Part shown: one piece after another, positions 46,897 through 63,841 of the stretch
Numbering within the stretch: the first letter of the stretch is position 1
How the letters are laid out: the number at the start of each line of letters is the position of its first letter
Assembly: GCF_009914755.1 (NCBI RefSeq)
Contig: NC_060925.1
DNA length: 64,000 nt
Source of the DNA: the human T2T-CHM13v2.0 reference genome, Homo sapiens
Reading direction: 5' to 3' (one strand)
Notes under the pieces: model-generated
Seen by the model: only the letters and a program-made list of their open reading frames with translations
What the model was told of the DNA's origin: nothing
Database searches by the model: none
Made by a program: the position numbers and the translations under genes

Positions 46897-48961
46897 CCAC
46901 CTGGTCCCCAGCATCTCTCTCTGCCTGGCCCTGCCAGGCATCGGGGATTCCATAGCCCCACCCTGGGGAGAGCATGGCTGAGAGGGGTTGATGGGCAGGG
47001 GGGAGGGAACCACACTCTCCACAGCTCAGTCTCCACATCCCCCATTCCCACCCCCTCCACCCTGGGGCATCTCTGGGGCACTGAGGTGAGGATCGAAGAT
47101 GGATAGGAGGAAGGGTCTCCTCATTGATTGAGGAGGGACCAGCAGCCTGAGATATTGTTGATGATAATGAAGGAAAGGAGAAGGGGCAGGGAATAGGCAG
47201 CAGCTGGGTGGAGAGGAGGGCAGTTCAAAGAGAGGAAGTTGCTTCTCTCAGCTGAAGGAAACGAAGTCTCTACACCTAGCCAGCATTTGTGGAAGGCAGC
47301 CCCTTCATGGAGGTCTGTCGCACTGTTGTCAGAGAACTGATCCCTGCCACTTGTGCAGAGGACAGCAGAAGATAGAGCCTTGGATAGGGAGAGATAGGAG
47401 ACCTGGCTGCAGGCCTGGCCCCGTGATCTTTCACCATGGGACTCGATGAGTCCTTTTTCCAGTGGGGCCTCAGCTTTCCCATCTGAGATGGACTCTGTGC
47501 TTCAGAAAACTTTGGTTTTTCCAACATCCACTGGGGTGTCGTCTGGGTGCCTGGCCCTCTGCTCCCACTCTCAAGAGGGGAAATAGACAAAGGCCACTCA
47601 GATTGGTCTGTGAAGGAGGGAAACCCTGGGGCTGGGAAGCACAGTGAAGTCAGGGGAGGCTTCTAAGAGGAAGTGCCGTCTCCATTGATCCTGGAAGAAG
47701 GACATGATTTCTAGCTTGTCTTCTGCTCACTAAACCAGGCCAGAGGCCGTATGGAGAGGGTATCTCTGTAGAGGTCAAACAACTCTGCCTGGAGGGTGCA
47801 GGTGTGGAGGGAGGAACAATGTTTTCTGTGAGGCCACACCTGGGCCTCCTTGCTCTACCCACGGTAGATGGGACTTTGAAGTGGCTTCCCAGGGAAAGCC
47901 TAGGGAATTGTTTTTACATTAAATTGAATCCATTAACATTTATTAAGCACCTACTGGTCTGGTGCTAGACACTAGAGCAGGGGCAACGTTCAGTAGACTT
48001 AAGATGGTTTAATAATTGTTTTGTGAAAAGGAAGACTTCAGCCCTGCCTGAAAGGTGGCAAGACAGAGGTTGGTGGAAGAGAATGAGGAAACCACGTGGG
48101 TAGGAGATTTTTTGAACGGGGACTTTAAAAGTGGGGTGTTTGATAGGCAGACAGAAGCAGGGAGGGTGCTGGAGAACACAGGGCAAAGCTTGGAGACAGG
48201 AATGTGTTTTGCTTGTTCAGGGAGCAGTGAGAAGATGGGAGGAAGAGAGAAGTCAGATCACGAAAAGCCTTGAGTGGTGGAGTTAAGACACCAAGGGTCT
48301 CAGGCCTGGGCTCAGCTGAGAAGTTGCCTCCTCTGACCCCCAGGCGAAGTTGTTTGTACCTGTCCCTTTGTGAGCCCCCCAAATTCCCCCATCTGATTCA
48401 CTGCTGCTCAGAGCCTGTCCCTGAGGAACTGCCAGGAGTTTTGATATTTGGAAAAGAATCTTGTCTAGCCCCTCTATTGGGCTAGTGAGCTCTAGAGCCC
48501 CTGGGCTAGACCGTGGGGGTGGAGGGTCCCTGTCTGTGGTTCTTGTGGGCCTGTGGTTCACTTCTGTAGCCGGGTTAGAGCAAGGGACTGGGGCATCCTG
48601 GTCATAGTCAGGGCCTTGGACCCCAAATTCCAGAGAAACAAATCAGTAGATTGAACAGGCAACAAAGCTGAGCTGCAGTCCAGAAAGAAAGGCCAGGGCA
48701 GGAGCCTGAAACATGGGAACCCTGTGGGGGCGTCCGGCGGCACCTTGCTCCAGGTCCCAGCCCACACCAGTGGAATCCATTTTGGAGAGGCTTGGCCGGG
48801 CGAGTGCAAAAGGCCCCATTCCAGACACTGTTCCCAGCCGCTCTGGGGTCTGCAGGGCCTGGCTTGTCTCCGGTCCGGGTCTCCTAACCCAGGAGGGCAC
48901 TGACATAGGGGCAGCAGGCAGGACGGGAGGGCAGGGCATGGGCAGCCGCTCAGACTTTGCC

Positions 48962-49783
<822 letters not shown>

Positions 49784-50032
49784 GGAGAGATGGGAGAGGG
49801 GAGTGGGAAAATAAACTGAGGTATAGGACCTGGGGGAGGGGAAAGGGAGGGAGGGGAAGGGGCAGGGAGGTGCCCTCATTCCAGTGTCCACGCTGGGCAA
49901 GACAGAAGCCCTCAGAGTAAGCAAGAGGAGATCAGTTCAGCTTGGAGCAGCAAGGGTCTGACTGTGCACCTGGGGAAAGTGCCAGCAGTACCGTCTCCCC
50001 GCACTGGGGAGGCCCCTTCGGCATGCCGCTCA

Positions 50033-50535
<503 letters not shown>

Positions 50536-51156
50536 TTACTGAGCCATTCCCCAAATCAAGCCTAGGTTGGGAAGGGAAGTCCTTCTTGCTATCTAGTCTC
50601 CATCCCTGATGCTGTCTTTGCTCCACTGCATTCCTTTAGGTCTCACATGATCTGGGCTGATTTGGGCAGGAGAAAAAGAACTGGGCCCTTGAAGGAGAAA
50701 ATGGCAGATCTTTTAGGGAGGTGAGGTCCCGGGGAGAACTGGGGCCATGAGAAGCCCCATAGGATTGGTGGAGATGGCAGCCTGTATGTGGGGAGCTGAG
50801 ATGAGGTGGGAGCTGTGCAGAGGCTGTGGGGTCTTAGGGGAAATAGAGGGTCTTTCATGGGGGCTCAGGGATGGAGAGGGAGTTATTTAGAGATGTTGGA
50901 GGCTTTGGGGAGTCATAAAATCTCTCAAGGGAGATGAACTTCCCAGCTCTGAGCTGGTTCAGGCACCTTTGCTGCAGGCTGGATTCTGCCGTTCTGTAGT
51001 CATGGCAACGCCTGCACAACACACACACACACAGCAGCTCTAACACAGACAGCTAGCGCGGTCTCACACATGGGCTCATCCCAGCCACACAGTGGGTCAC
51101 AGACGAGCACACAAAGGGTCTGGAACAGTCCTTGGCAGAGGGGTCTGCTGGGGTCA

Positions 51157-51597
<441 letters not shown>

Positions 51598-52170
51598 TCA
51601 GCATGTTCCTCCCCACCCAGACCTGGGGAGCAGGAGCAGTGGAGCCAGTCCTGCCTTGCCCGCCCCCGCTCCATCCCCCGATGAGCATCTGTGCCAGAAC
51701 CCGCAGGTGTAGATACCTAAAGCCCCCTAGCCTGATGCTTCTGGTCCTGCCTTTGGCCTGGGCGGGGGCGGGGGGTGGGGTGAGGTGAGGTGAGGTGAGG
51801 GATGGCATTCAGCGTCACTGCGGGGCAATCAGTGGGCGTGGCCCCACACAGATAGATGGACACAGCTGCTGTGGAGGCAAACAGGGAAAGAAGACGAAAC
51901 CCTTTTTCTGAGCTGGAGCCTGTCTTGGCTCAGAGAGTCCTCAGGAGCTCTGTCCTTTTACCTGCCGCCATCAACCCCCTGTTCCGCCCAGATAGGCTGA
52001 TGAATCCCACCACAAATCCAGGAGCCTAGAGCTTGGGGCTGGAGAGCCAGTGGGAGTAGCCAGAAAAGAGTGTGACGGCCAGCTCTCCTTCTTTTCTCCT
52101 CCCTGTGGCTGGAAGGAGCCCCAGCGCGTCGCTCCTCTCCCGCCTGTGCCCCTGATGGCGGCCTTGCTCA

Positions 52171-52554
<384 letters not shown>

Positions 52555-52883
52555 TCAGGGTAGGAGTTTCTGGGCAGTAAGATGATAGGTGGGGAACCCT
52601 GGGATTTATCTGCAGTCCTATTCCACTGCTCCACTACGGGCCCCCCAGTCCCACCTTGACCAGGGATCTGTACGAGGTCACCCAGCTTACTCTTCCTCTC
52701 TCAAAGCCCTCTGAAGCTGAAGCCCACCCTTGGGACTCCTGTCTGGCTACATTTCTGCTTTGGCTGCCAGAGTTCTAGGGAGCTGGGCCTGTTCCATAGG
52801 ATCCTTCCCTGCCAGCCTCCACCCAGGAGAGTTCAAGCTCCCCTGCCCAGGACATCCTGCCCCAGCTTCCTAGAGCCACTTAC

Positions 52884-52930
52884 TTGCCACTGAACCTCAG
52901 CCTATGAAAATTTAAAGCAATGAGAGGCAG
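52884..52930 (-). other. KNCN: Candidate KNCN 5' non-coding exon / TSS region
   Basis: Strong donor CAA|GTAAGT at 52883 on -; candidate acceptor (pyrimidine tract...GCCCAG|) at 52570 ahead of the ATG exon; 5' boundary unknown. Confidence 0.4.
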
Positions 52931-54997
52931 GGTGAGGGGGGAGTTGGTCCAGCGGCCACAGGCTCCTCAGAGATGTAGGCAGCAGGGAGGTGCTGAGTTA
53001 TTCATGAGGTTGCAATGTGAGTGGCTGTCTGGGTCCCAGGGCCCAGCGGGCAGTCAGCCCAGGTTCCACTGCTGGTTCCTGAGGAGGAAGAACGAGCTGG
53101 TGGCTTTGCATGTCGTTCAGAAGCCAGGGATGTGAGGAGACTCCTGATCACATGCTCAGGGCCCGCTGTAATGTGCTCTGCCCTTTGGCCTGGAGGTGCA
53201 CCTGGGGTCTCTGCTTGGAGTCTGAGATAGACACACAGCAGGAGGCTCAAGAGACAGGAACTGCACCTGGTATGGAAAGCGGACAGGGAGAGGCATCCCT
53301 CCAAGTCTGCTCCCTACCCCTGCCCATCCCATCCCCATCCTGTCCACCTCTGGGCTCCCAGGTAGGGCTGAGGGCGTCCTAGTTTGAGGCTTGATCTCAG
53401 GGGACTCCCTTGTCCTCAGGTGGGCTTGGTACCCACCCCCCTTTTAGTGGCCAGTGGAATGGAGAGTGAACCCTTCTAGCCACCTTGGGGATCCCGACTG
53501 GGAGTGAAAGGGAAGAGCAGTGGTGGTGCTGGTGTGGGCAGGAGGAAAACACCTAAGGGGTAGGGTAGAGAAGAGGACTTGGTAGGGGCTAGGTGCCGGG
53601 AGTGGGAGGCTGGGTCATGGTTGGTGCCTTCCCATCCGCTGAACTGAGCACCTGCACCCAGCCTGTCTGAGTTACTTGCAGGATGCCCCACCCCAAGGCT
53701 GGGCAGTGGTCACCAATGCAGCCTAGCCCTGAGCCCTGCCCCGGCCCCCAGTTCCAGCCTTTATCATTCATTGCGTTATTTGGCCCTTTATGGATTGGGG
53801 ACCCCCCAGTCTCAGAATATGGCCCCGGCCTGGCCCTGCACCTGGGCACAATTCCTAGGGTCCCATAATCCTGCTCGGAGTCCCGTCGCCAGCCTCCCTG
53901 GCCTCTCTTTGGATGCCCCCTCTCTGCACTGCATCTGCAGTCTCATATTGCCAGGCTCAACTTCTTGTTCCTCCACCTGCCTCCATGGCTGCCCTGTTCT
54001 TGTTCTATCTCTGTAGGCTGAGAGCCCCTTGAGGGCAGGTTCCAGGAGTGAGCTCCCCAGAATGCTGTGGCTGGGAGGGACCTGAGCTAGGCTTCTGAAC
54101 ATGAGGACAGAGTTCAGGGAGAGGGCTTGGACTGCACAACCACCTCCAGTCATCAAAGAGGAGGGCTGTGGACACAAGGGAACCTCTGTCTCTAACAAGA
54201 GGCATTCCTTGTATGTGGAGAAGGGGGCCTGAGAAGGCCCAGGGTCACCTGAGTGGAGCTTCGGCTCATGATGAGTCTGTAGAGAGGGGTGACTGCAGCA
54301 CACAGATGGGCCCTGGACTGTGTTCCTGTTCCCCACAGAGGGAACACCCCTGGAGCTGGGCATTCCCCAGCCACGGTGCTGCTGCCAGCATCTGCTGTGC
54401 CTCCTGCCTGGATGAGATCTGATTATTCCTCTAATTAGGCATCAAATCATAGCCCATGTCTCTGTCACACATAATTGATCCCCCACTGACTTAGTTTTAG
54501 AAGGAGCCACCAAAATAATTGTCCATGAAACGTGTTCCTTGCTCCTCTCAAAGTCTAAGGCTGAGGGCGACTCTCTCACACCCTCACCAAGATAGAAGCT
54601 CTTGGGGCCGCGTTTTCCACCTCGCACTATGGGGCTCGGGCCAGCCATTCCACCTCCCTGAGCCCACTGCCTTGTCTGGTGATGGGGATGGGGGTGGCAG
54701 AGGCACCTGTGCACTGCTTCAGATCTCAGAAAACACTGTGATCTCAAAGGAGAGGCACGTTAAGCCTTTTTCAGTTCCAAGATCACAGAACCAGGGCCGT
54801 CCCAGCTCTTCATATAGGTGGGGAATCCAAGACATGGGGAGACAGAGGAATTGCCCCAGAGTCCTCATGGATTCTGCCCCTCTGGGAAGTACTCTGGCCT
54901 ATCTGCCCCTGAATTTCAACACTGTCTTAGTTGAGGTGGGAGGAACTGGCAGACCCACCTTCAGAGGGAGACATTGAGTTAAAAAATTAGTCAAGGG

Positions 54998-55288
54998 ACC
55001 AGGCACTGTGGGATTACAATCCCAGCACTTTGGGAGGCTGAGGCGGGAGAATTGCTTGAGGCCAGGAGTTCAAGACCAGCCTGGGAAACATGGTGAAACC
55101 CTGTCTCTACAAAAACAAAAATTATCCAGGCACAGTGGTGTGTGCTTGTAGTCCCAGCTACTTGGGAGGCCGAGGTGGGAGGATCGCTTGAGGAGGAGGT
55201 TGCAGTGAGCTGAGATCACACCACTGCACTCCAGCCTGGGCGATGGGTGTGAAATCCTGGCTCAAACAAACAAACAAAACAAAACAAT
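54998..55288 (+). mobile_element. Alu (J-type, rearranged 5' end)
   Basis: Alu consensus with (CAAA)n tail. Confidence 0.85.
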
Positions 55289-56725
55289 GAAAATCAGTCA
55301 AGGCCTGCCTCTTTCCCTCAGGACCAGGAGTGCATCATTAAAGGTTCCCAAAACAGTTGTGATGTAGAGAGGGAGGCCTGCCAATTCTTTCCTCAGTTTG
55401 GGCTATATCATCTCTGAAAAAGAAAATGTGTGTCCTTGAGTGACGTGCTCAGAGCAATAGGTAAGTGAGTTCAGGAACCTCTCTGTGAGCCATGCTGAGA
55501 GGGAGGCCCAAGGCACCAGGGCTCCATCGCCCCACCAACCCTCCACCCCTCCCAAGGATTGGAGCCTCCCCGCTGAACCTGGGTGCTCTTGGAGGCCACA
55601 GTTCTCAGGCATGGCAAGGCCACGGGCACATTGCTGAGTTCCATCACCCAGTCTCTTCTCTCTGTCTCCTGCTGAGGCAAGGACTGTGGAGCGTCTGCCC
55701 ATGCTCCTTCCTTCTCAGTGCACCAAGTCCAAGTGTGGCGTGGGGGTGGGGAGGAACAGTGGGCGAAAAGGCCCCAGTTTGGTTTGGTTCTGTTTATTTT
55801 CCTTGAGGGGTGAGAACCCTGGAAAAGAGCGTGATTAATTCACCAATCCCCCGGGGGACAGGTAGCTTTCTTGGACCATTTGGAAGCTGAAGTCAGGGAA
55901 GTGGCTTCCAAGGCAACTGCTACCATGGCAACAAGAGTGCCAGCCTTTGGGGGACCTTGCTCCTCAGCCCCCTCCAGACCTGAAGCGGCTGGAGTGCTGG
56001 CATGGGACCAAGGCACCACTATTCATGGGGCTGGGTGTGGGAGGGCAGTCGGCCAGGAGGGAGGAGGCGCCCCCAGAGCCCAGGCAGGTAGACACACAGA
56101 GGGACAAAAACTGGACGGTCCCTGTGCCCAGAGGCCCTCAGACTGGAGTCCTCAGGATCCAGCTGAATCAGGGCTGGGGCTGGGGCTGGGGCCAAGGCCT
56201 GATCACTAGGTTTGAGAAGAGAGACCTGAGGTTTGAGACACTCCAACTGGCTGGGACCAGTGCTCTCCTTCTAGGCCCCGCCCACGCATGAGCTCTGGAG
56301 CTGGGGAGCTGCCTTCCATTATCGCAGATCCTATGCCTGGAAGGGGCTCTGTGGTCTCAGAGCCTCCTCAGTGCATCTGCTGGATCTGCCTCTGTCCAGC
56401 AGAGCCAGGACTTCCAAGGTCACCAGTGAATAGTGGCAGAGGCAGTACTGGAACCCAGGGCTCAGGTCCGAACTTCAGGCTCTTCCTGTTGTGCCACAGC
56501 TGCCCCTCTGGGCCAGGGACTGCATCCCGGAGGGGTGGAGCAGCCTGTCTGCCGGAGGATCCTACAGAGGGACAGAGTCCTGGCTCATCTTAAGAGGCCC
56601 AGACCTACCTCCACAGCACACAGTGCTTCTGTAGAGTGCTCCCGGAGCCAAGGACCAGGGAGGGCTCGTCTCTAGCACTGGGACCATGAGTTGTGTAATT
56701 CTGCCCTGGTAGATAACAGTAAATA

Positions 56726-57032
56726 CAGGAGTCCCCCATTATCCCTCGGGGACACGTTCTAAGGCCCTTGGTGGATGTCTCAAACCGTGGACAGTACCAA
56801 ACTCTATATATACTATCATTTTTCCTATACATACGTATCTGTGATAAAGTTTAATTTATAAATTAGGTATAGTAAGAGATTAACAAAATAGAACAATTGT
56901 AACAATATATTGTAATAAAATTATATGGCTGTGGTCTCTCAAAATATCCTATTGTGTTGTACTCACCTATTTTGACCACATAATTCACTTAATTATGGAA
57001 TTAAGCGAAACTGTGGATCAATGGGGACTACT
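56726..57032. mobile_element. Tigger-family MITE (MER2B-like)
   Basis: TA|CAGGAGTCCCCCATTATCC...GGATCAATGGGGACTACT imperfect terminal inverted repeats around an AT-rich core. Confidence 0.7.
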
Positions 57033-58650
57033 TGATTAGCTAAAACTATAATAGCTAACATTTATGGAGCACTTACTATGTGGGCCTGGAACTGCTCTCA
57101 ACACTTTGCATTCATTAATTTGTAACTTTCACAACAGTACCATGAAGTAAGCACTATCATCCCCATTTAGAGTTGAAGAAACTGACTCTCAGAGATTAAC
57201 TGGCCCAAGCCCCAGAGCTAGTAAGTGGCAGAGCTGGGATTTGAATGCAGGCAGCACAGCGCGGCGTCCCAAGCCTTCCTGGAGGGAATTCCAGTTCCAC
57301 CATTCCTAGCTGTATAGCCCTGGGCAAGCTATTTTTCCTTTCTCTGCTTGGTTTTCATGTCAAGTGGGATAAAATAATAGTACCTACCTCAGAGGACTGC
57401 TGAGAATTAAATGCTAATGCCCGTAAACTTCTTAGAAAGTACCTGTTACTTAGTAAGTGCATGACAATGCTGGCAAAACCAAGGTCAGCCAAAACCAAGG
57501 TCATGGCGTTTAAGCAGAGCCATGCAGGATGAGAGGGGCCTTGCCAGGTGGGCCAGGCTGGGGAGGTGGGCTGAGAAAGGGCACAGCTTGAGCCAAGGCA
57601 CAGATGGGGAGTTGCAGCTGGGCAGGGTGTGGGCCAGGGGTGGAGAGTGCCTGACCCAGGAAGCCCCCTTGAAGACACGTTCCTGTTGGGCCTCCCACTA
57701 GGCCGGGCTGGGGTTCAGGGTTAGAACTCACATCCTGGTTCTGGGTCTCCAGGGGCTGGGAGTCTGTGGGCCAAAAGGATCAGATTTTGCAGGTCTGTTT
57801 TCCTCACCAAGCCCACTCCAGGTAGATGAAAAAGGGATGTGAGGGTGTCAGGGTTACTGTCAAGGGAAGACTGTCAACAAACAGTATGTATCATCAACGG
57901 GGAGGCATTCATGGCGTAGGACAGCTGGGGATGTGGCCCGTCACCTGCCCCAAGTGAAGAGCCCCTAATCCCATCTCCCCTCTCTGCCATCCCGAGGGAG
58001 AGCAGCTGTCATCAGCACCCAGTCCACTGCCCACTCAGACCTCCCTTGCCACCTCCTTGGGAACTTATAAAGGTCCTTTCCACCCCAGTCCTCTCCTGTC
58101 TGGCTCTGATGATCGCCTGGGACAATGGGCACTAAAGTCCTTTGCGTGATGTACATGAGGGCTGTGGATAGGAGGTGCTATTTTTCTTTGTTGCATAGTC
58201 CCGGGCACATGACACACCCTTGATAAAGGCTTAGTAATGCTTTAGACAGAGGAGAAATTTGTTTCCTGCTTGTGGGCTGCTGGGCACAGAGGACATCTAT
58301 TAAAGTACATTCTGGTCTCCTGTGTCATGGTTGCTGACACCACCTCTACCACTTGATGGGGAGATCCTAGAAAGCAGAGGCTGTTTCTTACTCATTTCTG
58401 GGTCCTGGCTCAGAAGAAGCAATTGATAAAAGTTTGATGAATTTCATTTCCTCACCTAGGAAAAAAATAGCAATTTCTCCTTCACTTTGTTTTTTGGGTC
58501 AAATACGGTTTTTATTCAGGGGTCCCAATAAGAGATACCTTCTCCCCACCTGGCTGGACTTAGACCCAGTTTAGAAGGCCAGTCTCCTCCTCAGGTCTGC
58601 AGGTAAAAAAAAAAAAGGACCACCAAATAGGCCACACATAGAATTTCAGT

Positions 58651-58656
58651 TTTATT
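58651..58656 (-). terminator. MKNK1: MKNK1 polyadenylation signal
   Basis: AATAAA on - strand followed by a T-rich downstream run; second AATAAA at 58511-58516. Confidence 0.7.
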
Positions 58657-59795
58657 AAAATAAGCACAATGTATAAAAGCACCGTGGTGTTGTATAAACG
58701 TCTGCCTGACAAATGCAAATCTATTTTCTTTATGTAACTCAATAGTTCCACTTATCTGAATGGCTGTACCTTCATGCACACGGGCAGCAGGCACTGCATT
58801 GCTCAAACAGGGAAGTGAGGCTTCACCCTAGTGTGGCTTCACCTTAGGCACAGAGCACTATCTAACTGCCCAGATCTGTGCCACCCACACAAGACCTGGG
58901 GACACAGCAGCAGACACCGATGCTGTCTCTAAGTTCATCACAGGAACAGCTTAAAATCAGAATAATAGGGAACTGCTGATTAAAACCCAAGTGCATGGAC
59001 ATTCTAGAAAGAAGAGCAAGCCGTTCCACTCTCTGGGAAGTTCATGGGCTTGCAGTGGGAGTTTAAGGTATCATCTTTGATGGAACAGCATGGTTAAAAA
59101 CACCAAACTTTTTTTTTAAAAAAACGATACTACTGACTTTAGCAGCAATCACAAACAAAGGGGATGATAAACGAGGGATACATTTCAGTCACAGCAAAGA
59201 AAGATTATGTGCTTTTCCGTGCTGCAGACCGGAAGACTGATTTGATTTCCTGAATGAGGAAGGCTCCTTGCCCTTCCCTGAATTGAGGGGATGGCTTTGC
59301 TCAGCCAAGGGAGAAGACGGGCAAAGAGGACATCCGGAGGACAGAGGAAGGTGGAAGGACCGCCAGAGGAGGGTGACAGAGAAGAGAGGGAAGAGGCACG
59401 TGTCGGCAGCCTCTGTCAACTGATGCTTCTTGCTTCTCCCTGCAGGCTGCAGCCCCAGCCGCCACAGCTACAGCGGTGAGAGCAGGCTGGATCCCAGATC
59501 TGCAGGCGGGTGAGCAGGTGGAGCCCAGTGAAGAGATGTTCCTGCTGCAGGCAATTATGCAAAGTGAGAAGTGATTGCTTTCCTTTTCAAAGACAACCCC
59601 TTTGGAAAAAGCTTTTTCCTCCAGGACCCTAGGGAAATGGGGGTTGATGGGAACCTCAGGGCCTTCGTAGATGAAAAAGCCTGAATGGAGCCACAGAGCA
59701 GAGGCTGCTGCCTGCTCAGCAGACTTTAGCCACACAGGTTTCCAGGGGACAATGCCTGGCCAGGCCTAGGGCCTATAAGGTGTGACTGGAGCATT

Positions 59796-60021
59796 TCAGA
59801 GTGCTGTGGGCGGGCTCCTGTCTTCACCACGGCCTGCCTGGGCCAGGGCCCGTCTCCGGGCCAGGCGTGACTTGCAGGGAGGGGAAAGCTTCATGGAGCA
59901 GAGGCCATCAGCTAGTGCCTCTGGCTCCTCTGCTAGTTCGTTCTCTTCGTGCTGAGATAGCTGGCGGTTAAGGGCGATGGCCTCAGCTGCGAAGAGCGTC
60001 AGGTCCATTGTGCTGCTGTTC
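59796..60021 (-). CDS. MKNK1: MKNK1 terminal coding exon (NSSTMDLTLFAAEA...LADGLCSMKL...LARRRALAQ...PPTAL*)
   Basis: CCCTGCAG| acceptor; NES-like LADGLCSMKL and MAPK-docking LARRR motifs; TGA ends at 59796. Confidence 0.95.
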
Positions 60022-60800
60022 CTGCAGGGCCAGGGGAAAGCACAGAAAAGAGGGTCAGGACTCTAGGGTCAGCCAGGCCAGCTCCGGGACACTCCCACTT
60101 GCTGCTGTGGCTCTACGCTCCCACCAGATTTCCCAGAGCTGGGACGGGCTGCTCTCTCCAAAGTAGTTCTTGCCTAGGTTTGGAATCTTTCTTGACTGAG
60201 GGATTTTAATTTGAGCCCCAAGTACCATCCCTGGACTTGATGGTAGGGGCAAGCTCCCCCTTCTCCTCAGAGCACCCTCCTCTGAGCTCCCACAACTCTA
60301 CATACAGGTCTACCAGAGGCAGAGACTGGGCACATGAAACACACCTGTCCCTCCCTCTCCCAGCCTGCGTGGGGAAAAAGCTCCCAGAGCAAGGCCTGCG
60401 CCGCTTATGCCACGTCCCCAGCACCTAGCTCAGGGCTAGCGTGGACAGGCACTTTGGGTTTGCAGAATAAATCTTCTAAGGCGGATCTGAGGTTTGGCAT
60501 CTAAAGGCATCTGGAGGCTGCTCTAGAGAGTCAGGTAGGAACCCAAATTGGGCAATAGCAACTGGGTCACACGAATTGCGATTATGGAGGTGTATGACTT
60601 CCTTGTGTAGCTCCTAAAAGCTGGCCATGAGGCTGGTGCCAAAAAGGTTTCCCACACTGCTTAGCCCTGGCTCTTTGGGAACAGGGCAGTCCAGCTGTAA
60701 AAGGGCTCCAGAGTCAAACAGCCCAGGGCTGCTGTGTGGCCTTAAGCAAGTTAACTTGATTGCCACTCCTCACCTCTCTCATCTAGAACACCTCTCTTAA

Positions 60801-61175
<375 letters not shown>

Positions 61176-61454
61176 TAAGTTACAGTTCAATGGGCAAAAC
61201 AGGTTTTTTTTCCTGCCAACAGTGCTAGGAGGGGCCTTAAGGTGCTGGAGGGCAGAGGATCCAATCTAGGTGAAGGAAGGGAAGGGTGGGAGATAGATCC
61301 AGAGTAGAGGAAAAGAGAGTGAGGAGGGGAAATGGGCAGGGAGCCCCTTTGGAGAAAGCTACCTGAGCCTAGAGATGGGCTCCCCCGGCCCCCACCCCCA
61401 TGGTGGCTGAGAGCTTGAGGAAGAGCATGGCGTGGGGGTGGTCAGAGCATTTAC

Positions 61455-61498
61455 CTCTGGAGGACTTGCGGCGTGGGGAGTCCCTTTTCTGGAGCTTG
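61455..61498 (-). CDS. MKNK1: MKNK1 44-nt cassette exon (QAPEKGLPTPQVLQR), included in Mnk1a and skipped in Mnk1b
   Basis: TTCTAG| acceptor; AG|GTAAAT donor; needed to keep the Mnk1a frame. Confidence 0.93.
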
Positions 61499-62566
61499 CT
61501 AGAATGGGAAGGACAGATGTGTAGGTAAAGCACTGCTCCCTCCTTTCAAGAACTGCCCCACCCAAGCCAGCAGTGGGTAGGTTACTATAGGCTGCTGGCG
61601 CAGCACAGGGAAATGGCTATGCTTGCTTGCAGGGTCAGGCCTTCCAAGCAGAGAGCAAGAAAGGTACAATCTGCAGCCGCAGCCCCCAACATAGCTGCTT
61701 CTGCATGGAGAGCCCCTCTTTCCCTTTGCCTGGCAAAGTCCTAATCATCCCCCAGGACCCAGCTCAAGGGTCACTTCCCCTGTGACGCACATTTCCCCTT
61801 CCCTGCCACCTTCCTGCCTCAGTCTCAGGCCCGGGATGGGGAGTGGGGTCTTGCTCCCTTTGTGCCCCTAGCACTTTTCAGAAGCCTTTATCATGCTGTA
61901 ACTTATCCCCTTGTCTACTTCTCTCCACTAGAGCACAGAGACAGGGACTGGGTCTCACTTGTCCCTCTGGCATGTGGCAGGTGCTCACTTATGGGTCTGG
62001 GAATGAGCCAGTTAGACACTCAAACTGGGTCCCCATCTGCAACATAGGATGGCAATGCTTGCCTCCTTCCACTGGTAGGGTCACTGAGGCTGGCCAGAGC
62101 CTGGCACACCAAGGAGACCAGAAAGTCATGGGAGCATCTGGCAGACCCCTTGGAGGGCAGAGGTCAGGTATTGTGAGTAGCCAAGGAGGATTTTTAAAAA
62201 TGTTTTCTAGTGAAGACATGAATTCTAAGCTTAGGGAAAAAATACGATCATTTGCCTTTCAGGCCAGCTGTACCCAGACTCCCAGACCATGAGGAGAACC
62301 TATGTGCCCCAACTCGGCCACACAACAATCAGCGCAGCACGGCCTTGCTCACTTCTGGGTGTCCTCAGCTAATGATGCTTCTATATAAGAGGAGGATGCT
62401 ACAGACTTCAAATGACAATAGGATGCTTGCGGGGCTGGGTGCATGTACCAAATCCCCAGAGGACTCTGTTGGGGCTTAGTCTGTGGCCAAGTTTACAGCC
62501 AACTCTATGGCCTATAAGGGGCTCAGTCTGGGGTAACAGGAGGAGTCGATTCACTCTACACACTCA

Positions 62567-62863
<297 letters not shown>

Positions 62864-63225
62864 CTAGGTACAAAAGATTCCTCCTGAGGCCACACTGCCA
62901 GGGATGGGCAGGATGTGCCTGTCATTGTTTTGATCAACCGGCTTCAATTGATCTCAGCTGTAGCTGCAGCTCATGGCTTGGGGATGCCACAGACTGGGGC
63001 CTCTTCCCAGACTCACCCCGCACTGTCCCCTAGATGATCAAACTATATAGAATGCCCTTGGCAGGCCAGGATGGCTATGCCCTTGGTGGGCTGGATGGGT
63101 GATGAGTGGAGATCACCCATAGAACAAAGCCCAAATTCCTTGGCTCTTCCTAGAGGACTCTCTGTGAACCTCTCAGGCCTCATCTCCCACTACCACCGAC
63201 CTACTACTCCACTCTTCCTTCCTAG

Positions 63226-63648
<423 letters not shown>

Positions 63649-63841
63649 TCAGGCATGATCTTCTAACAATCCTGCCCTGAACTCCCAGCTGGGCGGAGTG
63701 TCTGATTATCTCTATTTTACCTTGTGGCCACCGTGACAGGAGCGGGAGAGGGCACTATGAGCCCCCATCCCGATCAGGAACGCTCTCCCAGCCCAGTCCT
63801 GCTTGGCATCCCCCAACCACACTGACCCCTAGCAGGGTCTA

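Noticed and set aside
56171-56192. G-quadruplex motif GGGCTGGGGCTGGGGCTGGGG (similar G-runs near 49832 and 51759)
   Set aside because: Common in GC-rich human DNA; nothing in the sequence ties them to a function.
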